Shown: positions 11,131-22,552, counted from the first letter of the stretch. The stretch is DNA of 64,000 nucleotides from Rebecca billardiae RCC1528 (GCA_965240325.2 OZ251244.1:124001-188000); one strand, 5' to 3'. A program made the numbers and translations. The notes: generated by a model not told the origin, from the sequence alone.

Positions 11131-13342
11131 GGCGCGCGGCCGTAGAGGGCGCAGGGGCCGCGCCGCCGCGCCGAGCGGGGCTCACCTGCGCTCGCAGAAT
11201 AATTCATCATGGTGTCCGTGATTCGGATTCCGCCTTCCGTGCGCGGCTCGCGTGCGCAGCCGTATCACAGCGCGTCAGTCCCGAGGGGACTCCGATGAGC
11301 GCCCTTAGGGCAGACAGTCCGGGCGTGGAATTGTCGCGCACTATATATATATATACATACTGCCATCTCGCTAAGAAGCGGTGACGGTAGCTGAGACTGG
11401 CCGCGTCAGCCCGATCTGCTAATTCTGCCGCCAATTCTGCGGGAGGAGCGCCGCCGCCGGCATCGCTAAAATGAAAATCATGCTGAATTGCTGAATTGGC
11501 GCCGCGTGTTGGGGGATGGCGGCGGGCGTGAATGCCCGTCCCACCACGATGCAAGGCCCAGCGCCACGGCCGGGTCACCGGGGGGTGGCGTAGGGACGGT
11601 GGCGCGGTCGTGCGAGCGTGTGAGCACGAGTGACAGCTTCCCTTCAAAAACGGTTCGACCGCTCTCACGTCCACGTCCACGTCCTCGCGCGACCGGGGCG
11701 CGTGTGGGGCAATGGGGCTCGCATGGGAAGGATGGGCAAGTAAAGGTCAAGATCACCGTGCTGACGGCCATGCTGACCTCTTTGGCATGCTATGCGACGG
11801 TACAGACCTGCCAATGTTCCGAGTGACCCCACTTACCTTGGAGCCTTGACGATCATCGTTGGCTGCATTGTAGTCGTGCGACCGCCTTCCGTAACACGGC
11901 TGCCGTGCGAATACGCGTTGCGTGTGCGGCTGTGCGCGCCTGTCAACGGCCCGACGATCATCAAAACAAACGGCGCGCTAGCTTGCCAGGGCTTGCAGCA
12001 ACCTTCTCTGGGCCCACGCCGCGCGATTTGGGGACATCACCACCGCTCAACGCCCGCCCAAAAGCACGGACGTGCGACACTGACTACCTGGCCAGCCACC
12101 AACGAGGTATCCGCCACCATCTGGACGTGCCGTAGAACTATAGATGGCTTCTTGCCGACGGCCGGTGTCCGCAAGTGGCATGTCCGAGCGCGCGCGTGCA
12201 CGGCTGGGCGTCCTCGCGGCTGCGACGCAGCGTACCAACCACAGCGGCCCCACTTGACTCCTGCACCGCAAGGGGGTACACAGGGCTGGACGCCTGGACG
12301 GCTCAGCTGAATGTGCGCATATTATCGACGTGGGGGGCATGTTCGACCCCCAGGGCGGCCGGCGGCCGCATCAATCCCTCCGTTGGGCCGGCGGCACGAG
12401 TTAATTTGTTTTGCTCTGCACCTCAGTCAGCAGGCCGCTCAGCGCAGTGGCACCGGGGGCAGAGGCAAGGACAGCCCTTGGCAGAGGTGAGCATCTGGCA
12501 CTGCCGTGGCATGTGGAGCTCCTTCACGGTTGAGTCCCCACCTGGCTTATCGCCAGAGGACCAAACCTCCCTTACTTGTGCTAGGCCGTAGGCGGCCGCT
12601 CACTCGGGGACTCGGCGAGTACTCTCGCCGTTGCGGTTGTCCAGCACTCCAGGAGTACTGCTGGTCTGGCGGGCTGACGGGCGCGGCCCGCCCTAGTGCT
12701 GTGTGCGGATGACCCATCGTCAGTGGGTGCCTGTCCGACAGGAGCTGCTCCGATTCCAGAGGGCGCCGACGAGCGCAAAGCTGATGCGTACTGTAGGAGT
12801 TCGACTCAGTCGTGTTACGTGACTTAGTACGTGCGGCACCTTCTTGCACTAATCTTGCAACTGCAAGCAGCCGAGCACCCGAGCGGCGTGCGTCAGTAGC
12901 GGTCGCAAGACCCTACCGTGACCTGCCAGCAGGTGAACGCCCCAACTCTACCGCCAGCGGTCGGCAGCAAAGCCACTGCTCAGCGACGGCCTTTGGCAGC
13001 TGGCTTGGGATGCATGAGAGGAGGCCAGATTGATGAGATTCGTCGTTGACTAATATGGGGTAGTATAGAGCGCACCTCTTCCTCTTGAGATTCGTGCAAT
13101 ACGGCATCGATCTCGGAAGATCCGACGGCCGACGACGACGATTCGAGCTCGAGTTTGCTCCTTTGCTGTGCAATAATGTGCATGCGCGACTCTGATTCTG
13201 AGTTTCAACCTGAATTCGTCTAAGACGTTGCATGGGCCAGCCATGGGTCAACCACATCATAAAAGTGAGCGGGTTGATGGCGGGTTTGTGCGACATACAT
13301 GATCCGAGCCACCGGTTCCAGAAAGGCGATTAGTTCGGACAC

Positions 13343-13391
13343 GGTCCGGGAGCTCAAAAGGTGCAAGTTGCACCTTTTGAGCTCCCGGACC
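13343..13391. repeat. Perfect 49-bp palindrome (24-bp arms, 1-nt centre)
   Basis: GGTCCGGGAGCTCAAAAGGTGCAA-G-TTGCACCTTTTGAGCTCCCGGACC. Confidence 0.97.
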
Positions 13392-13484
13392 ACAGTGGGC
13401 GCACGCGGGGCCGCGGCCGTTGAGAAGGGGCGGGGGCGGGCGGGCGACGTCGACGTCGCGGCGTTCCACGCGCTCTGCTGTCGA

Positions 13485-14490
13485 TGACTTGCTGTTGGCG
13501 GCGCGCGCCGCGCTGGCGAGGTGGCTCGGACCCATGCGCGCCTTCGAGCGCCCGGCGACCGCGCGCGCATCGGCTTCCTCCGCCTGCGAGTCGCCCGCGG
13601 CCGCGACCTCCGCCCGCTTCGAGTGGGTTGACTGCGCCCGAGCCTGCTCGCCGCCGAGCGCAGGGATGAGTCGAGCGCGGCGCGAGGCGGCGATCGTGAT
13701 CGGGCGATCGTGTGCGCCCATATGCGCCCCATCTGCCACGGCGCGACCGCTTCAGCGTGCGTATGTCACCCCACTTGTCAGGGATGTCGGGTAGCAGGCG
13801 AGCACCGTCGGCCAGTGTGTCCGCCCGCGCCGCGTGCGCACAGGGCCATACGACGCGGAAACACGTCACAACCGGCATCAGTGCATGGCCATGGCCGTGT
13901 ACAGCCCCGCGTGGGCCACCAAGGTCATGCCATCCACTGCTCTGCCAGCTCGCAACGTGCGTCAATGCTGACGACAACTCTGGTCGAGAAGAAGTTGCTT
14001 CTTGAGTTCTGTCACAGTGGTGCACACGGCATCAGCGGACGTCCCCATGACTACGGATGCGGACCAACCGTGCCCGCCAGCTTGCGTAGCGAAGACATCA
14101 CGAGACGCCACGGAGCGACATCCGATGCGTAGAGCCCTTCGCGCACGCGGCGCGGGCGGACACGCTGGCCGACAGAGCTCGCCCGCTCCCCGACATGCCT
14201 GACAAGTGGGGTCCCATACGCACGCTGAAGCTGTCGCGCCGAGGCAAATAGGGCGCAGATGGGCGCATGCGATCGCCCGATCGTGATCGCCGCCTCGCGC
14301 CGCGCTCAACTCATCCCTGCGCTCGGCCGCGAGCAGGCTCGGGCGCAGTCAACCCCCTCGAAGCGGGCGGCCGCCGCGGGCGCGGGCGACTTGCAGGCGG
14401 AGGAAGCCGATGCGCGCGCGGTCGCCGGGCGCTCAAAGGCGCGCATGGGTCCGAGCCATCCCGCCCGCGCGGCGCGCGCCGCCCAAGTCA
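13485..14490. repeat. Long imperfect inverted repeat (arms ~13485-13846 and ~14133-14490, spacer ~290 bp)
   Basis: The arms align as reverse complements along their length; both orientations translate to near-identical IAASRRA.LIPALG.EQARAQST.SKRA...QAEEADARAVAGRSKARMGPSH. Confidence 0.92.
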
Positions 14491-14780
14491 CGCATATCTC
14501 GGTCCGCACGTCGGCCACGCGCCCACCTGTTCGCCATCCTTCCGCCAGTCCGCCACCAGCCGGGGCGCCTGGCGGCGGAACAACACCCCGTGGAACGGGT
14601 GGTTCGAAGTGCTAAGTGGGCAGCTGATCCGATGGCTTGATGAACATTGAGCTCCGTCAATGAATACATAGGAGCGATGAAACGCCCTATCATAGATAGT
14701 GCTACAGGTAACCAAGCACCTCGCAGGTACACCGTCTGTGATGGCAAAAAGCGTATCGTCACGAAACGAGCGCATCCAAA

Positions 14781-15521
14781 ATGAAGAGAAGGACGAGGAG
14801 AGGTCGGAACGAGGTGGATACCCTTCCCGTTCGGCCTTCTCTTCCAGCCTCCCACGTGATGACACGCTCGCTACCTGCCCCGTCGCGCAGCGCACTCGAG
14901 CTCGAGGTGGCCAAGGCGCTGCTTGCAGCGAGTGGATATGGCGCATCACCTTCTCCATCCGCAACTCCTTCTTCGCCGCCCTCACCCGTGGCCACTCCAT
15001 CGCCTGCGCCGACCCCCTCAACTGGTACCCTGCCGCCGAAGGAGGCGACGGCGCCGCACGTGAGAAGGGCGTCCAGGGCCGCAGGTGACAGCTATCGCTG
15101 CAGCATGTGCGGTCAGCGAAAGAAGGGACACACATGCGCGCTCGGTGTGCGCAACGGCCTCTTCCAGTCGAACATCTACAAGCGCCAGCGAGTGTCGTCT
15201 CAACCTGCTGCCGGGACGCGTCCTGCGGCATTGCTGACGGTCGCTCAGGGCACATCACCCACCGGCCCCGCCCACAGCTTCCCAGCAATCTCGCAGCCAG
15301 CCCTGGCCTTCTTCGTGGGCGCACCGCCAGCCCCCGTTCCTTTCTCCGGCCCGTCGCCATACCAGGCTGGCAACATGCTCGTCTACCAGCAGCAGTGGCA
15401 CCCGCTCGGGCAGTTCGCTCCCCACTGCTCACAGCAGCCGTCGACCCCAGGCTGGACCGTGCATCCTGCTCTTCTCCCTCACCCAGCCATGCCGACGATG
15501 GTGGCAGTGCGCCAGTTTTGA
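14781..15521 (+). CDS. Pro/Ser-rich protein with a C2HC zinc-knuckle-like motif (start uncertain)
   Basis: YRCSMCGQRKKGHTC motif within a 246-aa ORF. Codon usage is less GC-biased than in host genes, so it may be transposon-associated. Confidence 0.5.
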   Translation: MKRRTRRGRNEVDTLPVRPSLPASHVMTRSLPAPSRSALELEVAKALLAASGYGASPSPSATPSSPPSPVATPSPAPTPSTGTLPPKEATAPHVRRASRAAGDSYRCSMCGQRKKGHTCALGVRNGLFQSNIYKRQRVSSQPAAGTRPAALLTVAQGTSPTGPAHSFPAISQPALAFFVGAPPAPVPFSGPSPYQAGNMLVYQQQWHPLGQFAPHCSQQPSTPGWTVHPALLPHPAMPTMVAVRQF

Positions 15522-17419
15522 GCCTGTCCGCACGTCTCCCGTCTGTGTCATGTTGGTGACTCCGTCTGCTCGACCGACTCTCCGCGAGCGGATATCGACC
15601 GAGGCTATGTGCGAATCAAGGCCTATATGGCCGGCCATGACCGATGATATTGGCCGCTAGGCGGCCATGGCCGATGGTTAGCGGCCGACCATCCATCTCT
15701 GGCCGATGGGTATTGGCCGATGGCCGTCCGGCGGCCGGACCGCCGTACTCGTAGGCCGCGCCGGACGGCACGGCCATGAACGGCGCCGGCGCGTGATGGC
15801 CGCGTGAGCACGCCGCGCGGGCTGCAGCACTGTCCGACTCTGCACGGTCGTAGTTCGAGAGGGCGGCCCCGGGGCTCGGCCGACCCAACTGGTGGACTTG
15901 TTGAGCCCCAGTGGCGGTCTCGACCGAGCTTGGCAGGTGTGTGTGTGTGCCTGTGTGTGTTAAAGTCTGACGATATATATATACTATATCTAAGTTACAG
16001 GCGACTATGTCTATATTGCGATGTATTTGCCGATTCTGCGCGCCGGCCCGGCGAGTGAAGGACGCGAGGTGCAGCAGGCGGCGAGCCCGGCGAGACTCCG
16101 AGGGCGAGTCAGCGGCCGCACCCGCGCCCGCGACCCCGCCCACGCCCGCGCCCACGACCCCTACTTCTGCCACGGCTCGCGCTTGCACTGCCAGCAGCGC
16201 TGCGGCATCGTCTCACGCAGACCACGTCTGCCGACGCGGCGACTGCGGCAGCCTCGCGGCGAGCGGACGAGCGGTGGCTGCCGCAGCACAGTAGTCGGCT
16301 GCAAGCATCAGCTTCTGCGACGAGATCATGCCCAGACAGAGTCAAGCCGACCTCGTTGGGGTACCACTTACGTTCTGCCCGAGTGGTGAATAATCTTTTG
16401 CCGAAAAAGAAAAAGGGGTGAATGAATATATATATACATGATGTATTCATTTATGGCCCGCGGTGCAGGGCGGAGCGCGCAGCGTGGAGCCCGCTCCGTG
16501 GGCCCGAACCACGTTTCAAAAAGATCTTTGATCAAGAAAAAAGGGACGGGGGGCGATTTTTAGGGCTGGCGGAGACCGAGTTTCGATTTTTGAGACCCTC
16601 TCTACACATGCATTACGGAGAAAAAACCGCGCCCACGACATTCCCCTAATCAATCGTGGACGGCCGGGCGTGAGTGTGAAGTAGGACGGTTACAAGTCCA
16701 ATATATACAAGCGTCAGCTTCTTTGAGGCTATTTTTACACATCGTTAGCGGCAAAATCTTCATCACGGGGTCGTATTCGCTTGAGAACATTTACAGCGCT
16801 TCGCTTCGTATCCATGTATCATAGTTTGCCTCCGCCTTGATGAATATACGAACTTGGCTTCGCGGCGGTTGGTATCTAGAGTCTAAAACCCGCAAGCCTT
16901 ATTGAAAATACCCGCGCAGCTATTCGTTGCCAGCCCATTCCATAGTCACTGACTTACCGAGCTGGCGAGCTCAAAACCTGCCGCCGTCGCAAGGACGTGT
17001 GCAGGTTTTCTTCGGGGGTGGCGAGCGAGCCGCGACGACTCTCGGCGTCCAACGGTCCAAGGGGGCGCTTGATGGGCACGGGTGCGCGTGGCGAGTGCCG
17101 AGTGGCGCCTGGAGCGCGCGTCTGCGGCGGGTCCCGACGGCCGTCGACATCGCGTTCGTGCCCGCTCACTAGTCACTCCGCACGCCCCTGCCGCGGCCTG
17201 TCGATGCCTGTGCGGCCGGCCGCGCGGCCGCGAGCCGCCGCCGCAGCCGCCGCCCTGTGTTCGGGCTCTCGCAAGCTCGGGGGCAGCGGCGCATGATGCC
17301 GGACTGATCGATCTCTGAGTCTCCGACTTCACCACACGCCCCCCTTGCCATGCCTCTCCGCCAGGGTCTCCCAGAACTCTTCTTCAGAGCAGGCGCAAGT
17401 CGAACTGGCCGCGGCCCCG

Positions 17420-17930
17420 CGCCGTCGGCTCCCCGTGGCTGTCAGCTCCGCGTGGCCTGGGCGCCTGGCGTGCCCAGAGCTGGCCGTGCCTCTGCGACGC
17501 GTGCCGAGCCTGACCGAGGTGTGTCACCCCGTGCACGCGCGGCGCGCGCAAGCACCGGTGCTGCATGGCTGCTCGCACCGTGCTCCCTGGCTCGGTCAGT
17601 CAGCTCGGCCGCATGGGCCTGGTGTGCACGTAGAGTCGCGCTCATGCGTCGCTCACGCCTCGCGCCCGCCTGTCGGCCGTCGCGCAGGCGCGCAGGTCGA
17701 ACCCTACTGACCTGCAGATCATCTACTCCTGCGCTGCTGGCGTCGCGGCGACGACGGTCAGCGGCAGGCCCGAACGAAGTCGAATCCGCGGTCCCGCGCC
17801 GTGACGCCGTCGGCTCCCTGGCTGTCAGTCAGCTCCGCCGGTGGCCTGGCGTGCAAGAGTCGCGCTCGTGCGTCGATCACGCCGAGTCGCATCCGCCTGT
17901 CGGCCGTCGCGCACGCGCAGGGGGTCAGGT
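17420..17930 (+). repeat. Three degenerate direct repeats (~17422, ~17582, ~17807)
   Basis: Shared core GCTCCC..GGCT..GTCAGCTC.GC..GGCCTGG; copies 2 and 3 continue AGAGTCGCGCTC.TGCGTCG.TCACGCC...CCGCCTGTCGGCCGTCGCGCA. Confidence 0.8.
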
Positions 17931-19006
17931 AAGGGCCGTCTGTGATGAGGGCAGCTCGGCCGACGACCCGGACATCCACACTCGGCGCACGCCAGCCGCC
18001 GACGCGCCCGCGCCCGGCCGGCCGGCCGGGCCGGCGGCGGCGCGGCGCTGGGCGGCGCGCCGCTGGATGGAGTCTAGTTACGTACGGGACGACTGCGACG
18101 GAGGGTGCACCGCCACCGCGGGCCCCGAACTACGTTCGTTCTACGGAAAAGGACCGCGGAACGCGGTCATATTCATTTATTCGTCGTAGTCGGCCACTGG
18201 CCGATGAACGGGCAAAAGTGGGCATCCTGTGGCCGACGGGTTGGCCGACGCCCGTCGAGGCTTGATTCGCACACAGGACTCACCGAGGGCTGCGCCTGCG
18301 CCGTCCGTCGTGAAGGCTGTCGCGGCTGTTCGGCGGCACGCTCGCAGTTGCCATCGTCAGAGAATGTGAGTCGTCTGCATCATCATTATAAAGTAGTGAA
18401 TACCATTGTAGCTCCGAATCGTCTGAATCGGATGCAGAATTAACGGGCGCTGCAGCACCGCAGCCGCGGCCGGCCGCGCCCCGGCCCGCGCCGCGGCGGC
18501 GGCGCGCCGCCCGGCGGAGCCCGCCCCGGGAGCGGGCAGGGCGGCCACGCGGGCGGACCGGCGGCGGTGCCGCCGCGCCCGGCACTGGCGGCACGGTGTC
18601 CTGGCGGCAGGCGTAGTCCGCGGCACAATGTCATTCTGATGAATTCGTGAACACTCAGCACTATACTACTCAGCCGCTAAAATGAGTCAGTAGTACGTGA
18701 CGACTGCATGCTGCAGTAAGTGCAGTGACGAGCTGGCCATGACCGAGTCGGAACTCGGAGTCCGGGATCGCGGACCGGCCACCGACTCGGACTGCGGCCT
18801 GCGCCCCCGGATGTGAGAGTGACCGATCGGGCCGACTGGCCGCCGGGGGTGGCCGAGCCCGACGGCAGTGGGCTGCCTATATACGCCTGCTATAGCAGGA
18901 CCGTCAGCTCCGGCTCGCGTGCAGGTGCGCAAGCGCAGTACGGCCATCAACGGTAGGAGCTGACGTTGAAGGCAGTATCGGCGCCCGCGCGCTGCCGCGT
19001 CATCAA

Positions 19007-20509
19007 TCAGCTCCATGGCGCGCCGTCGTGACGGGCGTTGGCAGCAGGCGCCGCCAGTGGCATGCCGCGGCACATCCCGCAGCGGCTGCCGGTGCCGCCA
19101 TCGCTCGCTGCGGACGAGGCGGCTGTCGAGGCGAAGGCGCCGCCGGCAGCCGCCTCGGCTCTCAGCGCGCGGCCTCTGCTCCAGCTCCGGGCCCGGCTGA
19201 TGAGGAGCGCGGCCACAGCCATCAGCGCGTAGATCAGCATGGGGCCCGCCTCGCCGCCGCGCGCGAAGCGCGGCTGCCGCGCCGCCGGCGTCTCCGCCTC
19301 GGCCCACGCCCAGAGGCCGTGCTCGAACACCGCCTTGATCGCGTCGGGCGGAATCGGCAGCGCAGGCAGCGCAGGCGGCGGCGGCGGCGCCGGCGCTCGC
19401 GCCTCGAGCGACCGTGGCGGCGGTGCGCTGGGCGGCTCAGCGGCTGGGCCGTCGGGCTCCGCGGGCTCGCACGCCCACACGGCGCGCTGCTGCCACCCGA
19501 GACCCCCCGCCGTCGCGTTCGCCTCCTCCGCGCCCGCCGGCGGGAGCAGCCAGCTCCCCAGCGCCGCGCCGCCCCAGGCGGGCCACTCATGCCCCATCCC
19601 ACGCACGGTGAGGAGGGCGACGGACGCGTCGGACGCACAGCGCGTGTGCAGCTGCTGCGAGACGGCGGCGGCGTCGGCGGGGGCGAGGCCGAGCGCGCCG
19701 AGCGGCAGCCGCTCGCGCTCGCACGTCTCCTCGCACGCGTCCGCCCCCGCCCACCGCCGCGCCGCCTGCGCCACCGTCTGCCACTTCCAGTAGCCGTGGC
19801 CGCCGCCGCGGAGCGGGTTCACAGCGTCCGCGGTGCCGTGCACGCTCAGCACGGCGACGGGCGCGTCCGGCGTGACGGGGGGGTACGCGCGCAGGCCGCC
19901 GACGACGAAGATGCCGGCGAAGCGCACGCCCGGCTGCGCCGCGAGCAGCGAGCACAGCCGCCCGCCGCGCGACCATCCGGCGCACACGACGCGGCCGCCG
20001 TCGGCGCACGCGCGCGCGGCCGCGTGCGCGACGACCGCGCGCGCGTACGCCAGGTCGTCCACGTGGCCGCGCGCCGTGGCGCCCGGGCTGGGCCTCACCA
20101 CGAGGTCCCCGCCGCGCGCCGCGGGCTCCAGCGCCGCGACCACGAAGCCGTACCGCGCGGCGGCGTCGCGCATGTGCGTGTGGCGCAGCGCGTCCAGAGC
20201 CGTGTTGGACGACTGCGGCGCGAGGAGGACGAGCGGCGCGCCGCACTCGGGCGCGCTGGTGGGCACGTAGAGGACGTAGTGCCTCGAGCCGGGCGCCGCG
20301 TGCAGCGCCACGGCCGCCGTCGCGTTGCGCTCGACGGCCGCGGTGTCGCACAGGCACGCGCCAGGCTCGACTGCGTCCGGCCACGCCGCCGCGCCGCTGG
20401 CCGGGGCGGGCGGCGACGAGACCGTCGCCGCCGCCTCGGACGGAGCGTCGTGCTTCGAGTGCCACTTGGCCGCGTGCCTCGCGTGCCGCGCCTCCCGGCG
20501 CCACCCCAT
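19007..20509 (-). CDS. Alpha/beta-hydrolase, LpqC/polyhydroxybutyrate-depolymerase-like esterase with C-terminal TM segment
   Basis: RHYVLYVP..PLVL, GFVVAALE, DDLAY, nucleophile elbow GWSRGG, SVHGTADAVNP, GMGHEWP; TM MLIYALMAVAALLI. Start codon uncertain. Confidence 0.82.
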   Translation of the reverse strand: MGWRREARHARHAAKWHSKHDAPSEAAATVSSPPAPASGAAAWPDAVEPGACLCDTAAVERNATAAVALHAAPGSRHYVLYVPTSAPECGAPLVLLAPQSSNTALDALRHTHMRDAAARYGFVVAALEPAARGGDLVVRPSPGATARGHVDDLAYARAVVAHAAARACADGGRVVCAGWSRGGRLCSLLAAQPGVRFAGIFVVGGLRAYPPVTPDAPVAVLSVHGTADAVNPLRGGGHGYWKWQTVAQAARRWAGADACEETCERERLPLGALGLAPADAAAVSQQLHTRCASDASVALLTVRGMGHEWPAWGGAALGSWLLPPAGAEEANATAGGLGWQQRAVWACEPAEPDGPAAEPPSAPPPRSLEARAPAPPPPPALPALPIPPDAIKAVFEHGLWAWAEAETPAARQPRFARGGEAGPMLIYALMAVAALLISRARSWSRGRALRAEAAAGGAFASTAASSAASDGGTGSRCGMCRGMPLAAPAANARHDGAPWS

Positions 20510-20731
20510 GCGGCCGCGCGCGCGAACGCGCCGGGCAAACGTGAGAGCGCCCGCCCCGGGCCGTGGCGTGCCGCGGTCTGCGTCGGGTCCTGAGCGATGC
20601 GGCCGTGAGATGTTGAGCGGGGCAGCGGGCGGCGCCCCGGACCCGGACTGCTCAGGCTGGTCCGGCTCAACAGTCAGGGTCGCACGCCCGGGCTGCCAAC
20701 GGAGCGGCCGGTCGAGGTCAAAGGTAGCGTC

Positions 20732-22123
20732 ATGGAGGCGGTCGACGCCGCGGGCACGGCGGTGGGCATGCGGCCCACTCTGGACGACCTGCCGGCGGAG
20801 ACGATCGAGCAGATATTGGCTCACCTTTGCAACGCACGGGACCTCGCGCGCGCCAACGCTGCTGCGCGCCTGTTCCGCCAACCGGTCGAGCGCGCGCTGC
20901 GCGCGCGCGAGCGAGCATGCGCGCATGCGCGAGCGCTGCCATCGAAGCTGCCGGACGACGTCACCACGTGGACGGAGGAGCTGCTCGCGCGGGAGCGCAT
21001 CCGCGAGCTGGCAAGCGCGCACACGCACGTCGTGACCAACGGCGCTCTGCGCGCCGGCCACGCGTGTGACGTCAGCTGGGTGGATGCGCGCGGCCGCGTG
21101 CACACGCGCGACGCTCGAGCTTTGCACGCAGAGGCCGGGGGCGGTGCGGCTGCGGAGGCGAGCGCAGTGCGGCAGGGCGCGCTGCGGACAGACTGGCGCG
21201 AGCCCACGCCGCGCGTGCCTGCACTCTCGAGCGTGCGCGTGCGCGCGCTCGCCGGTGGCTCTGGCCACCTGCTCGCGCTCAGCGCGTGCGGCGCCGTGTA
21301 CGGCTGCGGCGAGAACGAGTACGGCCAGCTCGGGCTGGGGGACGCGATGGATCGCCGTGCGTTCGCGCGGGTGGACGCTCCGGGCGGCGAGGCGGTGGTC
21401 GCGGTTGCAGCCGCGTGCTGCCACAGCGTCGCGCTGACGGCCTCCGGCGGTGCGTACAGCTGGGGCTGGAACAAGCGCGGCCAGCTCGGCCACGGCGACA
21501 GGGCGGAGCGGTGGGAGCCGACGCGCATTGACGCGCTGGCCGGCGTGCGCGTGGGCGGCATCGCCGCGGGGGTCGTGCACACGCTGCTCCTCTCGACGGA
21601 CGGCGCGGTCTACTCGTGCGGCTGCGGCTTCCACGGCAGCCTCGGCCACGGCGACGAGCGAGAGCGGCGCACGCCGAGGCGCATCGAGGCGCTATCGGCC
21701 GTGCTCGCCGTGCACGTGAGCGCGGGCAGCCTGCACAGCCTGGCGGTGGACGCAGCTGGGGGCGTGCGCGCATGGGGTTACAACCACGTGGGGCAGCTTG
21801 GGCACGGCGACACCGAGAGCCGGCTTGTCCCAGCGCGCATCGAGGCGCTGGCACCCGTGCGCGCCGTGCGCACGGCCGCGTGCGACGGGAGCAGCGCGGT
21901 GCTCTGCGCGGACGGCAGCGCGCGCGTGTTTGGCGAGTGCGCGCTGTCCGCGCGCCCGGTGCCCGTGGCCGTCCTGCAGCCGCCCGGGCTCGCGCGGGCG
22001 GGGCGTCGTGCGCCCTGGTGCACGTACACGCGTGTGGTGAGCTGCGTGCTCCACGGCGTGCACGCGCTGTACGCGTCCGACGACGGCAGCGAGTACCGTC
22101 TCGGGTACACCGGCGGTGAATGA
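20732..22123 (+). CDS. F-box-like + RCC1-repeat protein (paralog 1)
   Basis: LDDLPAETIEQILAHL (F-box-like) followed by repeats G.VY.CG.N.YGQLG.GD...AG..HSL. Confidence 0.88.
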   Translation: MEAVDAAGTAVGMRPTLDDLPAETIEQILAHLCNARDLARANAAARLFRQPVERALRARERACAHARALPSKLPDDVTTWTEELLARERIRELASAHTHVVTNGALRAGHACDVSWVDARGRVHTRDARALHAEAGGGAAAEASAVRQGALRTDWREPTPRVPALSSVRVRALAGGSGHLLALSACGAVYGCGENEYGQLGLGDAMDRRAFARVDAPGGEAVVAVAAACCHSVALTASGGAYSWGWNKRGQLGHGDRAERWEPTRIDALAGVRVGGIAAGVVHTLLLSTDGAVYSCGCGFHGSLGHGDERERRTPRRIEALSAVLAVHVSAGSLHSLAVDAAGGVRAWGYNHVGQLGHGDTESRLVPARIEALAPVRAVRTAACDGSSAVLCADGSARVFGECALSARPVPVAVLQPPGLARAGRRAPWCTYTRVVSCVLHGVHALYASDDGSEYRLGYTGGE

Positions 22124-22225
22124 CGTCGACTGCCGCTGGAGCCCGGACCAAACCAAATCGTGATGATGCATACAGTGCTGAAGTTCGTCGCGACTTTCGT
22201 CAGCGGCAGGACTGCACTACATGGG

Positions 22226-22332
22226 CTGGCCGATACACACCCTTACCGCTCTGCGCATGGGGGACCCATGCTCGCAGAGCGAGCGTGATTTCACCACGCG
22301 CAGAGCGAGCCGGGTGCGTGTGTATCGGCCAG
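22226..22332 (-). mobile_element. 107-bp miniature (MITE-like) derivative of the Mutator-like element
   Basis: CTGGCCGATACACAC...GTGTGTATCGGCCAG, made only of the two ends of 25945-26842. Flanks CTACATGGG / ACACATGGG match at 7 of 9 positions (decayed TSD). Confidence 0.85.
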
Positions 22333-22552
22333 ACACATGGGCGGTGACAGTTGGCGGGCGTCAACTCGCCTGCCTTGTCTGCCACCAACGCCGACTTCGT
22401 GTCCGGACGATCGGGCACTGCCGCCGACGAATCAGGAGACCCGCGTCGTCCTACCTGTGTCGTTAAATCATAGAATGAGTACAGTATTCTGGTGGGAACA
22501 GCGCAGAGCGCGAGTTCGTCGCCATCATCAAATCCATCGTGTCCCGAGAATC

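Noticed and set aside
11792-12310. Possible MULE/FAR1-type zinc-finger remnant (CEYALRVRL...IIKTNG)
   Set aside because: Cys/His spacing is incomplete and no DDE domain is recognisable.
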